Source of the DNA: Octopus sinensis
Lineage: Eukaryota
Direction: 5' to 3'
NCBI RefSeq assembly: GCF_006345805.1
Contig: NC_042998.1
Span: 87,048,001-87,112,000 of the forward strand
Length of the DNA stretch: 64,000 nt
The notes below the pieces were generated by a model that made no database searches, was not told the origin of the DNA, and saw nothing but the letters and a program-made list of their open reading frames with translations. Within the stretch, counting starts at the first letter, position 1. Every line of letters starts with the position of its first letter. This document shows positions 13,679 to 26,300 of this stretch, piece after piece. The position numbers and the translations under genes were made by a program.

Positions 13679-13890
13679 TTGTGTGTCTGTGTTTGTCCCC
13701 TCAACATCGCTTGACAACTGATGTTGGTGTGTTTATGTCCCTGTAACTTAGTGATTTGGCAAAAGAGACTGATAGAATAAGTACTAGGCTTACAAAGAAT
13801 AAGCGCTGGGGTTGATTTGTTCAACTAAAGGTGGTGCTCCAGCATGGCCACAGTCAAATGACTGAAAAAAATAAAAGAATAAAAGAATAA
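12945..13890 (+). mobile_element. tRNA-derived SINE (octopus OR-like) split by an RTE-tail insertion (13143-13635) in its internal microsatellite
   Basis: The 5' half (12945-13100) and 3' half (13655-13890) match the intact copy at 50160-50565; a minus-strand RTE tail lies between them. Confidence 0.75.
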
Positions 13891-14469
13891 AAGAATATAT
13901 ACACATATACACTGAGACCTACATTCATGCATGTGCAGACATTAGTTATGCAAACACATACACTAAAACATACATACATACACATATATACACGCATACA
14001 ATAAAATATATATACCATCACCACCACCAGCACCATCATCATCATCATCATCATCATCGTCGTCGTTGTCGTCATCATTATGCCATAATAATCATTTAAT
14101 GTCTACATTTCATGTTTGCGTGAGTCACACATATGTCTTTCATCTTTTACTTGTTTCAGTCATTAGACTGTGGTCATGCTACAGCACCATCTTGAAGAAT
14201 TTTTAGTTTAATTAATTAACCTCAGCACTTATTACAAAAATTTTTTTTGTAAGCCTACTACTCAATCTATCAATTTTGCCAAACTGCTAAGTTATGAGGA
14301 TGTAAACACACCACTACCGGATGTCAAGTGGTGGTGGGGATAAGCACAGATACAAATATGCATACACTCACACACACACACACACATGCGCGTGCACACA
14401 CACACACACACACACACACATTCACTCACAGACACATGTATATATGTGTGTTTTTCTCACCTTGTTTTT

Positions 14470-14600
14470 TTCTATGTATCTTTCTGTCGAAGAGCATAGG
14501 CTCGAAACGTAAAAGACTTTTTCTATTCCTGAGTGCTATACTAATACTTTTGTTTGTTTGTACTCCACCTGCCTTCGTCTTTTGTTTATTTTCATAAACT
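14470..14600 (+). mobile_element. Penelope-like terminal fragment with hammerhead-like motif. Copies at ~18715-18850 (-) and ~51975-52110 (+)
   Basis: TCTTT-CTGTCGA-A-GAGC-ATAG-GCTC-GAAAC-GTA-AAAGA, followed by a shared ~90-nt tail in all three copies. The Penelope assignment rests on the motif alone. Confidence 0.55.
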
Positions 14601-14730
14601 TTCCCTTTATATATATATATATATATATATACATAGCAGTGCATCAGCATGGCCACAGCTCTGAGCTGAAACTACAAAGAAAAAAAAAGATATATATGTA
14701 TATATCTATATCTATCTATCTATCTATCTA

Positions 14731-14842
<112 letters not shown>

Positions 14843-14873
14843 TGTATGTATGTATGTATGCATGTATGTATGT

Positions 14874-14929
<56 letters not shown>

Positions 14930-16057
14930 TTGTATATGTATGTATATATAATTGGCTTCTTTCACTGTCTGTCCATCAAATCCACTTACATACATACATA
15001 CATACATACTCATTAATGCATACATAACACGCACACACACACACACACATATATATATGTAGATAGATAGATAGATAGATAGACAGATAGATAAAGAGAT
15101 AGATAGATAAATAGACAGACAGGTAGATAGATAAATCCACATGCATACGCACACACATACATAGATACTAAATTACAAAGAAAAGAGTGTATGCAAGCAT
15201 ATTTGCTATTACACGTACAGACACTCATATACACGCATGCACAAGCAGGCACGTTTATACATTAAAAATATTAGTTTATAAACAGAAAATCCAATGAAAA
15301 TATCTAAGCATGCAACCTCACAAATGACAGCAACCCCAGCCATCACAACTACAAACAGCAACTAACAAAAGCAACAATGCCAGTCAGTGTAACACCACCC
15401 GTCCTTTACCACTGATATCCCCAACGACACTATTGTCACTTAAGAAGAAGTAAGTGATCCATTATGCTTTCTTTGTTTTCTTTCTTCTTTGATGCCTATT
15501 GATTGCCTCTGTCACGGTTAAGAAAAGATAAAAAGCAAAGAAAAAAATATATATATCATGCATTGTGTATATGAACTGAACAAACTTGCGTGGCACCACA
15601 GTGATGACAGGCTGTCATCTGCTCAACAGTTCCACTGAAATGGAATGGTGCTTCCACACTCATCTCTCGTTGCTTTCATAAAATTACTGCTTTTATAACA
15701 CTTGGATTTTTCCAAATGAAAGATTGTTTTGAGGAAGAAACAGTAAAAAAAAAAAGAAAAAGAATAATTTCAACAGGAAGGAAAGTAACAAGCAATCAAA
15801 AGAAGAGCGAGTGAATTAGAGAAATAGCAGAAGACCATAAACAGCAGCAACAACAACAATAATAATAGATACATTTGTATAAAAGTAACTGGTATTATAT
15901 ACACTATCTGATTTTTGTTTTGGATCTTGTTAATTCTATCACGTAATACACTATTTTGGTCTACCCACTTCTCTGTTGATCTGTTTATCAATCTTTCTAT
16001 CATTTCTCTATTTATATCTATCTATCTCTGTTATCTGGCTGTCTGTTTCTCTCTCTA

Positions 16058-16137
<80 letters not shown>

Positions 16138-16941
16138 AGTCTGTCCGTCTACCTAAAAATCTTTTGTTTTTTTAAAAAAAATTCATAGAATGCTAAACCG
16201 CTGTCATAATCTAAATTCTGCAAAATACAAAAAAATGAAGATGATTTCAGTACAACTTCAGAATTGCTTGCCTTACCATAAATTCACAACTATTCAAAAA
16301 CAAAAAACAAAAATACAAAAAGCACAAAAAGACCCTAGGGCTCATGAAAATTAGTATAATTAGTAAACTTCCACCTACTTTTCTCCTAGTTAAAAACTAT
16401 GAAACAAAAGAAAATCTGAGAAAAATCTGAGGTCTCACTACTGGTAAGACAAATCTTAGAAAGTTTTCTTACTCTACTTATTTATTCATCTATTTATCAT
16501 TTATTTATGTATCTATTCATTTATTTATTTTTGCTTGAAATTCTTATAACTAAAGAATATCAGTAAATAGGAATCCTTGATCTAATTTAAAGATTATTTA
16601 AAAGCATAGAGGATAACACACCAATTCAGATATTTATTACGATAGTAATGAAAGGATGTGATGTTAGTATTGTTCAATAAATACATAGATTAATAAATAG
16701 TTTCTTGTTTTGTCTTTTTTTTTTTTTTTAATTTTGGAAGTCAACTCTTCTCTCGGCTGAAAGTTCAAAAATAGAATAAAAGGTGATTATATTTTAATCA
16801 AATATTAATTTTTAAATTGTAGAATGAGAAATAATTACTTTGAGCACCAAGTACACAAATTTTAATGTTTAAACCTAGTTGAAGTAATTTAATTTTAACT
16901 TTAACTTTTTATTTGTTTCCAGTAAACATTATCTGTTATTA

Positions 16942-17029
<88 letters not shown>

Positions 17030-18039
17030 AAGTTTTGAAGCTAAACAGCCTTGCATCAAAACAAAACAAATGGATATAATTAGAATATAATATATGGTAA
17101 ATAAGGTTTCATTACATTCGAAGCTTTTGTGTCTTTAATGTTTTTAAAAGTTATTGAGTAATTGAATAATTAATCTAATGTGATTGTTTTGTTTTAATCC
17201 TACACACACACACACACACACAGATGTAGACACACACATAACATACGCACATATGCACATACATATATACATACATCTATCTATATGTATATATATAAAT
17301 AAATATATATATGTATATAAAAGCATATATGTGATATAATATAACAAAATGAAACATAAAATAATATATTTTCTTTATGATTTCTCAACAGGAACCATTT
17401 CAGTGACTTCAGTAAATAGTCATGGCTGTCAAAATTTTCCATTTTCACTTTCTTAGAACTCAAATTATTTTTTCACCTGTATAAGAAATCTCTGCTGGTC
17501 TTGAGTCATTGCAGAAGTTATTATACATACACCAATACTCACCTCTCTTTCCTTCTGTCTGTCTGTCTCTCTCTCTCTGTATGTGCGTGTGTGTGTGTGT
17601 ACATAAAGAGAATATATATATTCACTTTAATTTATCTCTTTCTATCTCTCTATTTATCTATCCATCCATCCTCACATACATACACGCATACTTGCATACA
17701 TATATACTTGCATACATACATATATATATTATATATATGTATGTATGTGTTCACACACACAAACACACTTTCTTGTGCCACATATGCACAGACACAAACA
17801 AACACACACAGACATCCATCTATTTATGACATACACTAAAAAATTGTTACAAAAAAATTCTCGAATAAACTATGTTCTTATGTTTTTTACTCTAACATTA
17901 TAATAAAAAGTGACGAAGGAGTCAGCATATGTGGTCACTCAAGTTTACAACATTACAAAGCAAATATAGCTGTTCTGAACAATGAGAGAACATACTACTA
18001 GTCTGGCAATGCTAGTGCCGGCGACAGTGAACTATACAA

Positions 18040-18326
18040 ATGCCGACAAATGGATTGCAGTTAGATTTTACTTCAATCACACAGCTGCCTCGTGCTCATG
18101 GTGATGAGCAGCAAGAACAGAATGGGTCTGACACAGAGGGTGAAACAGCCACTTGTGGAGGGAATAGCATCCTAGCTTGTAAGTTTGGAATGACAATTAA
18201 TCGACTGTTTTTTACTAGAAAACGCATGAGGGCAAAATCTGGTATGAAGTCCTCTATCCAAGGAAGAGTGTACAACTTTTTAGAAAGACCTACTGGATGG
18301 AGATGTTTCATATATCACTTCACTGT
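18040..18326 (+). CDS. KCNQ1: First coding exon (N-terminus to start of S1) of a KCNQ1/Kv7.1-type voltage-gated potassium channel
   Basis: Translation ends ...[26 protein letters not shown], near-identical to the KCNQ1 motif [23 protein letters not shown]. The exon ends in a phase-2 Val codon GT|GTAAGT (donor at 18327), the same intron position as vertebrate KCNQ exon 1 as I recall it. An in-frame TGA lies four codons upstream of ATG 18040. The start codon is less certain than the 3' part. Confidence 0.9.
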
Positions 18327-18646
18327 GTAAGTAATTCTAATGTTTTTCTTCCATTTTTTTTGTTTTCTTTCTTTGATTTTTCTTTCCTTTTCTTTTACTT
18401 TCTATGTTCAAAAGTTTGTTTTTCATCCTTTGCGATCACTTATATCATGCAACAAACACACTGTAAAAACAACAAATAAAATAAAAGTGTATTAACACAT
18501 TTATACTCACATATACATATAATATACATGTTTGCATGTGTGTGTGTATATGTACATATATATATATGTATGTAACACACACACTGACACAATGATACTC
18601 ACACACACACACACACACACACACATACATATATATATATACATAC

Positions 18647-18683
<37 letters not shown>

Positions 18684-18878
18684 GTACATATATATATTGT
18701 TGAAATTTATTGACAACCTACAGACGAAGACAGGTGTATGAACAACAAGCATGTGTATTAGTTTGTTGCTCAGGAAAGTGAAAAAGTCTTTTACATTTGG
18801 AGCCTATGCTCTTCGAAAGAAAGAAATAAGAAAATAAACAAGAGAGAGAATAAAAAAACTTGTGGACTTAGCGATCAA

Positions 18879-18921
<43 letters not shown>

Positions 18922-18962
18922 GTATGTATGTATATATATGTATATATATATATTATATATAT

Positions 18963-18993
<31 letters not shown>

Positions 18994-18997
18994 TTAT

Positions 18998-19035
<38 letters not shown>

Positions 19036-19069
19036 GTATGTGTATGTATATATATATATAATATATATA

Positions 19070-19105
<36 letters not shown>

Positions 19106-19195
19106 TGTATGTATACATACATATAAATATTTATATATATATATATACATATATATAGGTATATATATATGTATATACATATATATATATATGTG

Positions 19196-19229
<34 letters not shown>

Positions 19230-19361
19230 TGAATGTATGTATGTATGTATGTATGCATGTATATGTGTATGTATGTATGTATGTATGTATGTATGTCAAT
19301 AATACTATACTTGTTCCACGCCCTTGCGTTGTGTTTTCTCTTTGTGTTTTCATGTTAGGAT

Positions 19362-19402
<41 letters not shown>

Positions 19403-19666
19403 TCATCATCGTCATCATCATCGTTTAACGTCCGTTCTCCATGCTAGCACGGGTTATATATATATATATATATATATTACATATACATATATATATATAT
19501 TCATCAAGTGGTTGGCATTAGGAAGGGCATCCAGCCATAGAAACATTGCCAGATCAGACTGGAGCCTAGTGCAGCCTCCTGGCTTCCCAGACCCCGGTCA
19601 AACTGTCCGACCCATGCTGGCATGGAAAATGGACGTTAAACGATGATGATGATGATATATATATAC

Positions 19667-19699
<33 letters not shown>

Positions 19700-19719
19700 A
19701 CGCACATGCATATATATAT

Positions 19720-20010
19720 ATGACAGGCTTCTTTCAGTTTCTGTCTACCAAATCCACTCTCAAGGATTTGATTGGCCTGAGGCTATGTGGGACTGAACCT
19801 GGAACTATGTAGTTGGGAAGCAAGCTCCTTATTACCACACCTGCGCCCATAGGTGCCACACAGTGGGACTGAACCCAGAAACATGTGGCTGAAAAGCAAG
19901 CTTCTTACCACAGAGCCACAGCTGTGCCTATAGGTGCCATGCAGTGGGACTGAACCCAGAACCATTTGGTTGAGAAGCAAGCTTCTTACCACACAGCCAT
20001 GCCTGCACCT
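19720..20010 (-). mobile_element. tRNA-derived SINE with a triplicated head
   Basis: Three ~80-bp tandem units, each containing GTGGGACTGAACC (B-box-like on the minus strand), attached to one body. Confidence 0.7.
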
Positions 20011-20685
20011 ATCTGTATACATATATATATTACTGTTCGATTATGGACTGGAAAATCAAGACATCAAAAGTCAAATGGATGTACACAGTACATACACCAG
20101 TTTGATACTCTGTGAAAGTTTTAGAAGGAAAATTTGAGTAAACATGCACACACAGATGCATGTGCACAATCACTTACAGACACACACACACACACACACA
20201 CACACATACCAAGGGTTGCATTGAGCATGTCCAAGTTATGTAAATGAATATAGATAATGAAACCTATTTTAATGTAAATCTTTTAATGAAACGCAGCTGG
20301 AGAAGAGGCTCATTCAGACTCTGTGTACTCAGCTTCAATTTTATGGCATTGATTTTTGAAATTGCATCATCCCCTGATTTAAGTGCCAGGTGTTACATAC
20401 ATATATAACATATACACATAGTGCTGTCTGGCTGGCCTCCATGCTGGTGGCATATCAAGAGCACCCACTACACTCTCGGAGTGCTTGGTATTAGGAAGGA
20501 CCTCAAGCTGTAGAAACCTTGCCAGATCAGATTAGGGCCTGGTGCAGCCTCCTGGCTTGCCAGTCCTCAGTCAAACTGTCCAATCCATGCCAGCATGGAA
20601 AGCAGATGCTAAATGATGATGATGATGATATATATATTATATATACATATATAATACTCATACACACACATATATACATATATAT

Positions 20686-20743
<58 letters not shown>

Positions 20744-20769
20744 TATATACATATATATGTACATATATA

Positions 20770-20925
20770 TGTGGAGGCGCAATGACCTAGTGGTTAGGGC
20801 AGCGGACTTGCGGCCGGAGGATCGCGGTTTCGATTCCCAGACCGGGCGTTGTGTGTGTTTATTGAGCGAAAACACCTAAAAGCTCCACGAGGCTCCGGCA
20901 GGAGGTGGTGATCCCTGCTGTACTC
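20770..20925 (+). mobile_element. Third tRNA-derived SINE family (resembles octopus OK SINE as I recall it)
   Basis: A-box TGACCTAGTGGTTAG and B-box GGTTTCGATTCCC, then non-tRNA body; no acceptor stem closure. Confidence 0.6.
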
Positions 20926-22581
20926 AAAAGGCGGTGCTCCAGCATGGCCGCAGTCAAATGACTGAAACAAGTAAAAAAAAAAAAAAAAAAAAATATATAT
21001 AATATATATGGCGTGGCTGTGTGGTAAGTAACTTGCTTATCGACACATGATTCCAGGTTCAGTCCCACTACATGGCACCTTGGGCAAGTGTCTTCTACAA
21101 GAAGCTTGGGTCAACCAAAGCCTTGTGAGTGGATTTGGTAGATGGAAACTGAAAGAAGACCACCATATATATATATATATATATATATATGTGCGTGTGT
21201 GTGTGTGTTTATGTGTCTGTGTTTTCTGCCCCCCCCCCCCAACATCGCTTGACTACAGCTTGTGCTCCAGCATGGCCACAGTGAAATTGACACCACTGGA
21301 TTGAATGGTACTGTCCAGGCATTGAAAGCAAATGATATCTGTGGGGCAGCTGATGATGGAGGTATGCTGAATTGTTGGTATGGCTGAAACAAGTTAAAGA
21401 ATAAAAGAATGTATATATATATATCAAAAGTATGTATTATAATACTATTCCATATATACGCAAAAACTGCCATACCAACAATCCGACATACCTCCATCAT
21501 CAGCTGCCCCATGGATATCATTATGGTTTTGACACCTGGACAGTACCATTCAATCCAGAGGTGTCAACAGTACTAAAATAAGTGTTGTTTGGGAACAAAT
21601 ATATATATATATATACGATATATTGACAAAAATGTCTACACATACACACATACATATACAATATATAAACAAAAGTGTGTGTTCTTATATGCATAAAAAC
21701 AGTGACCATTAACTAAGTGAAGGACTCTATAAGTGAAGAGTTCAATATTTTTAATGAATTTATTGACAATGACTTCAAAGTTTTGCTGGATGATATTCAA
21801 ATTGACAGTTTGAATAAGCCAATTACTTTCTCACTCCCCGTCTTTCTCCCACACTCCCCTCTCTGTCTGCCAGTCTGTCTGTCTGTCTGTCTGTCTCTCT
21901 CTTTGTATATGATATGGCATGTGTGTATGTATGGTGTATCTGTCTGTTCACCTTGTTCACAAAAAGTGTTCATAGAGTTCATGTAATAAATATGATGATA
22001 ATAATAACAAGATCACCCAGAGAGTGCCTCCACCAAAGCAATATCAACATCCTCTCAAGGATTAGCCAGAGATAATTTTTAAAATGAGAATATCTAACAT
22101 AAACTTGACTGCTCTCACAAACTAGAATACTAAAAATGAACCTGGCCGCTCTCAAAATTCAAGTAAAAAAAAAACAGGAAAAATAATCCAGAATCCTTGT
22201 CCAGTACTGGATCTATCCCAAAATCTAATCAGTTCGTGCTAGTCACGAAGCCAAACATCCCTGAAATTTTCATCTGAATCCATCCAGCAGTTCTTGAGAT
22301 CTCTTGTCCGCTGACAAATAAATAAAGAATCAAATGTGACTGAAAATGGTTTCAAATTTTGCCACGATGGCAGCAATTTTGGGGCAGGGGATAAGTCAAT
22401 TGCATTGACCCCAGTGTTTCGCTGGTCCTTAATTTATCGACCCTGAAAGGATGGAAGACAAAGTCGACTTCAGCGGAATTTGAACTCAGAATGTAGTGGT
22501 GGGCAAAATGCCACTAACAATTTCATCCAGCATGCTAACGATTCTGTTAGCTCACCACCTTTGATAACAATAACAATGATG

Positions 22582-22635
<54 letters not shown>

Positions 22636-22637
<2 letters not shown>

Positions 22638-23740
22638 CACCATAGGACTGCAAAAATATCTACTTCAGAAGGAAGGAAAACTGATACAAATAGCGGCAAA
22701 ACACGAGCAAAACAAAAAACTGTTCTCAGTATTTAAGGAAGCTGACAAATACAAACAAGAAATCATACCACCTAACAAATATAAAGAAGAAGAAGAAGAA
22801 GATGAAGAAACAACAAAAGCTATAAAACAAATGAAATCCAAACTAAAAATAGAACAGCAACGAACCATGATAAAACGATGGCAAGAAAAGCCCCTTCATG
22901 GTAAATACTGGACTAAACTAAACGCAAAAGAAATAGACAGAGAAAAATCCCAGCAATGGTTGAGAAGCTCAGGACTCAAAGCAGAAACAGAGGGATTTTT
23001 AATTGCAGCACAAGACCAAAGCCTCCCCACCAGAAATTACCAAAAACATGTAATGAAAAGAAATATTACAAGTAACTGCAGAATATGTGGAGATGGACAA
23101 GAAACAATAAATCATATTATCTCTAGCTGCCCAGTCCTGGCTAAGAAGGAATATATTCACAGACATGACAGAGTTGGAACCTACATACATTGGAAGCTAT
23201 GCCAACATTATGGAATAACAACAGAAAAAAGATGGTATAGGCACACACCAGAAAAGGTCACAGAAAACGAGAAAGCAACCATACTCTGGGATATGCCGAT
23301 ACACACAGATAGAGAAATTAAGGCCAACAGACCAGATATAGTTGTCAGAGATCATGAAGAAAAAAAATGCTTTCTAATTGATGTATCAATACCGGCAGAT
23401 GACAACGTGTCTCTAAAAGAAATGGAGAAACTCTCAAAATACAAAGACCTGGAAATAGAGATAACCAGAATGTGGAATCTGAAAACAGAAACAATCCCTA
23501 TCATAGTAGGTGCATTAGGCATGATAAAAAAATATTCAGACAAATGCATAACAAAAACACCAGGACTTACAAACACATATAACATACAAAAAATTGCACT
23601 ACTAGGCACTGCACACATCCTACGCAGAACACTTTCCATACAATAACCATCAGAGCATCACAACAAATCACAGCACATACCTAAGGCACACAGAGCTGCA
23701 CTCGGTAGTGAAGTGAAAGAACGCTATAAAAATAAAACTA

Positions 23741-23743
<3 letters not shown>
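22636..23743 (+). mobile_element. 5'-truncated R4/Dong-like non-LTR retrotransposon (restriction-like endonuclease) inserted in (AAT)n
   Basis: Uninterrupted ORF to the stop at 23646, with CCHC knuckle CRICGDGQETINHIISSC and RLE motifs RPDIVV...LIDVSIP...KLSKYKDL...IIVGALG. (AAT)n lies directly on both flanks. Confidence 0.88.
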
Positions 23744-23824
<81 letters not shown>

Positions 23825-23872
23825 AATGATGATGATGATGATGATAACAATAATAATAATAATAATAATAAC

Positions 23873-23916
<44 letters not shown>

Positions 23917-23953
23917 TGATGATGATGATAATAATGATAACAATAACAATAAC

Positions 23954-23988
<35 letters not shown>

Positions 23989-24048
23989 TAATAATGATAA
24001 TAATAATAATAATAATAATAATATGATGATGATGATGATGATGATAAG
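23744..24048. repeat. Compound (AAT)n/(GAT)n trinucleotide array
   Basis: Directly visible. Confidence 0.95.
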
Positions 24049-24149
24049 AGTGGGGCAATAGAACACATCTCATTCTCTAAGTTAGGATCAACGAAGATAA
24101 GAATGAACGTGGACGACTAATATAGAGAATCTTAAATCCTGACTAGACT

Positions 24150-24630
24150 GCAACGGATTCGATGACTGGCATCTGTGCTAGTGGAGCGTTAAGAACACTA
24201 TCCGAGCATGATCGTTGCCAGAGCAGCTAACTAGCTTCCATGCCAGTGGCATGTAAAAAGCACCATTCAAGCGTGATCATTACCAGAGTTGCCTTACTGG
24301 CACTTGTGCTTGTGGCACGTGAAAAAGCATTCGAGTGAGGTCATTGCCAGTGCCACTGGACTGGCTCCAGTGCAGGTGGCACGTAAAAAACATTATTTGA
24401 GTGTGGCCATTGCCAGTACCACCTGACTGGCCCTCGTGCCAGTGGTACGTAAAAGCACCCACTACACTTTTGGAGTGGTTTGCATTAAGAAGGGCATCCA
24501 GATGTAGAAACTCTGCCAGATCAGATTGGAGCCTAATGCAGCCACCTGGTTTGCCAGTCCTCAGTCAAATCGTCCAACCCATGCTAGCATGGAAAGCAGA
24601 CGTTAAACGATGATGATGATGATGATGATT
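24150..24630 (+). mobile_element. RTE-tail element
   Basis: Same internal sub-repeats and GCATGGAAAGCAGACGTTAAAC(GAT)n end. Further copies at ~19500-19655, 20415-20640, 26620-26905, 52230-52490, 56175-56440 and 62390-62750. Confidence 0.75.
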
Positions 24631-25219
24631 GGGGTGGGGCATCATAACCATGTGTTGAGAAAAATTCTTTGGGTTTGGATAATTCACCTTTTGTACAGCA
24701 TGCTAACGATTCTGCCAGCTTGCCGTCATAATAATAATAATGATGATGATGATGGTTTCAAATTTTGGCACAAGGGTAATAATTTTAGAGGGAAGAGGTA
24801 AATCAAATGCATCAACCAAAGTGTTCAACTGGTGCTTATTGACCCTGAAAGGACAAAAGGCAAGGTAGATCTTAGTGGGACTTGAACTCAGAGTTTAAAG
24901 AGCCAGAAGAAATGCCATTAAACATTAGGAAATGTCTGGTGTGCTAATGATGATGCTAGATCACCAACAATTGATTACATTTTATCACCTGGGTTCATTC
25001 ATACGTATGACATTACAAATGAGATACAAAAACATGTGGGGATGAGAGCAAGAAAGTTATATAAAAATGAGAGGAGATGCAGAGATAATGTACAGTATAG
25101 CAAGATGTATTTGAAATATCTTAATTATACTGAATAATTACTCAAAATAATCAGATAATTATATAAAACAAATATATAATTTTAAGAAAAGATAATTTTA
25201 AATAAGAAATTTCAAAATA

Positions 25220-26300
25220 ATTCAGTAAGTGAGAAGCCTCCAGATAGGCTGGGTCATAGGCTCCCACAACTTTGTCTGTCCTCTGCTCCTCATATTGGAA
25301 ACTGGGCCTCTTAAAGGCATGTGGAAGTATCCTATTATGTTGGATGGTACATAAAGCAGCTTAGATTTTTTTAAGAATGTTGGTTTTATGGTGTAATTGA
25401 CCATTGGTGTAGTCTTCAGAAGCATTGTAAGGTGGCCAGTTGGAGTCATTAGAGCATCAGATAGGCTGCTTTGTGGTAATTTTTCAAGCTCTCTACACTC
25501 TGAATCCAAATCCTGTCAAGATGAACTTCACCTTTACTGGAGTTCATTCATCTTTTCATCTCACTTTTTCTCATTCTTTCCTCCCCCATCTCGTCGAAAA
25601 AATCAAGTATGGTCAGACCAAGAGCGGGATAGGCTCTGCTGTGACTAAAAAATGCTTAAAACCTGTCAGGGCAATACCCTTATGACTTCATCAAAGAGTT
25701 GAGGGCCCAAAGCAAGACAGTAACACTGTATCATCTACATGCCTCTTAAACTCATGTCCTAGTTTCTTCTCTATAATCAAATCAGTGCACCATTCTCACA
25801 ATCACACTTCAAAATAAATGCCCATCTTTGATTTCAGGTCATTTTACTTGATTGTAAGGCCATAGTCCTCATGCAATCTGATGGAGATAGAGTCTTCTTC
25901 GTCCATGTTTATCTTTTAATTTGGGTTCATTGGGTTTTTTTTATTGCTTCCTCTTTCCTTTGTACTTTCCCTGACAATTTGGTGCCCATATCTATCCTTA
26001 ATCTGCTCTTCAGATGATGGAGTAACATTTACAGGATGTAGGAATCTTTAGTTTCCTAATCACTGGTTTCCTGGTTGTTGACTACTGGCACCTGGAATAA
26101 AGTGAGTCCATCGGTCATCATCAAAGTTTCAATTGGTATTTTGGGAACAGCAGCTACTGGTTCTGGTTGTTGTTTTTGTTGCTGTTTTTACAATTATCTG
26201 CTGTTCTGTCTCTCCCACCACAATCTGTGCTGCACAGGATATGACAAGGGCCAACATTCGAAACATTGTCTCTGCCAGTAACCATCATATTACACCACCC
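25220..26300 (-). mobile_element. Highly decayed CR1-group LINE 3' part (tentative)
   Basis: Weak by-eye resemblance (GPQLF; GRRRLYL) to the C-terminus of the 3.4-5.8 kb LINE type. Confidence 0.3.

Noticed and set aside
17905-17950. CRE/AP-1/E-box-like cluster (GTGACG, GAGTCA, CATATG) upstream of the KCNQ1 ATG
   Set aside because: Short motifs are expected by chance and the transcription start is unknown.
20770-20850. tRNA gene
   Set aside because: A and B boxes are present, but there is no closed cloverleaf and it continues into a SINE body. The same applies to the other tRNA-like heads.
23668-24073. Poly-I, poly-M, poly-H and poly-L ORFs
   Set aside because: These are a trinucleotide array read in different frames.
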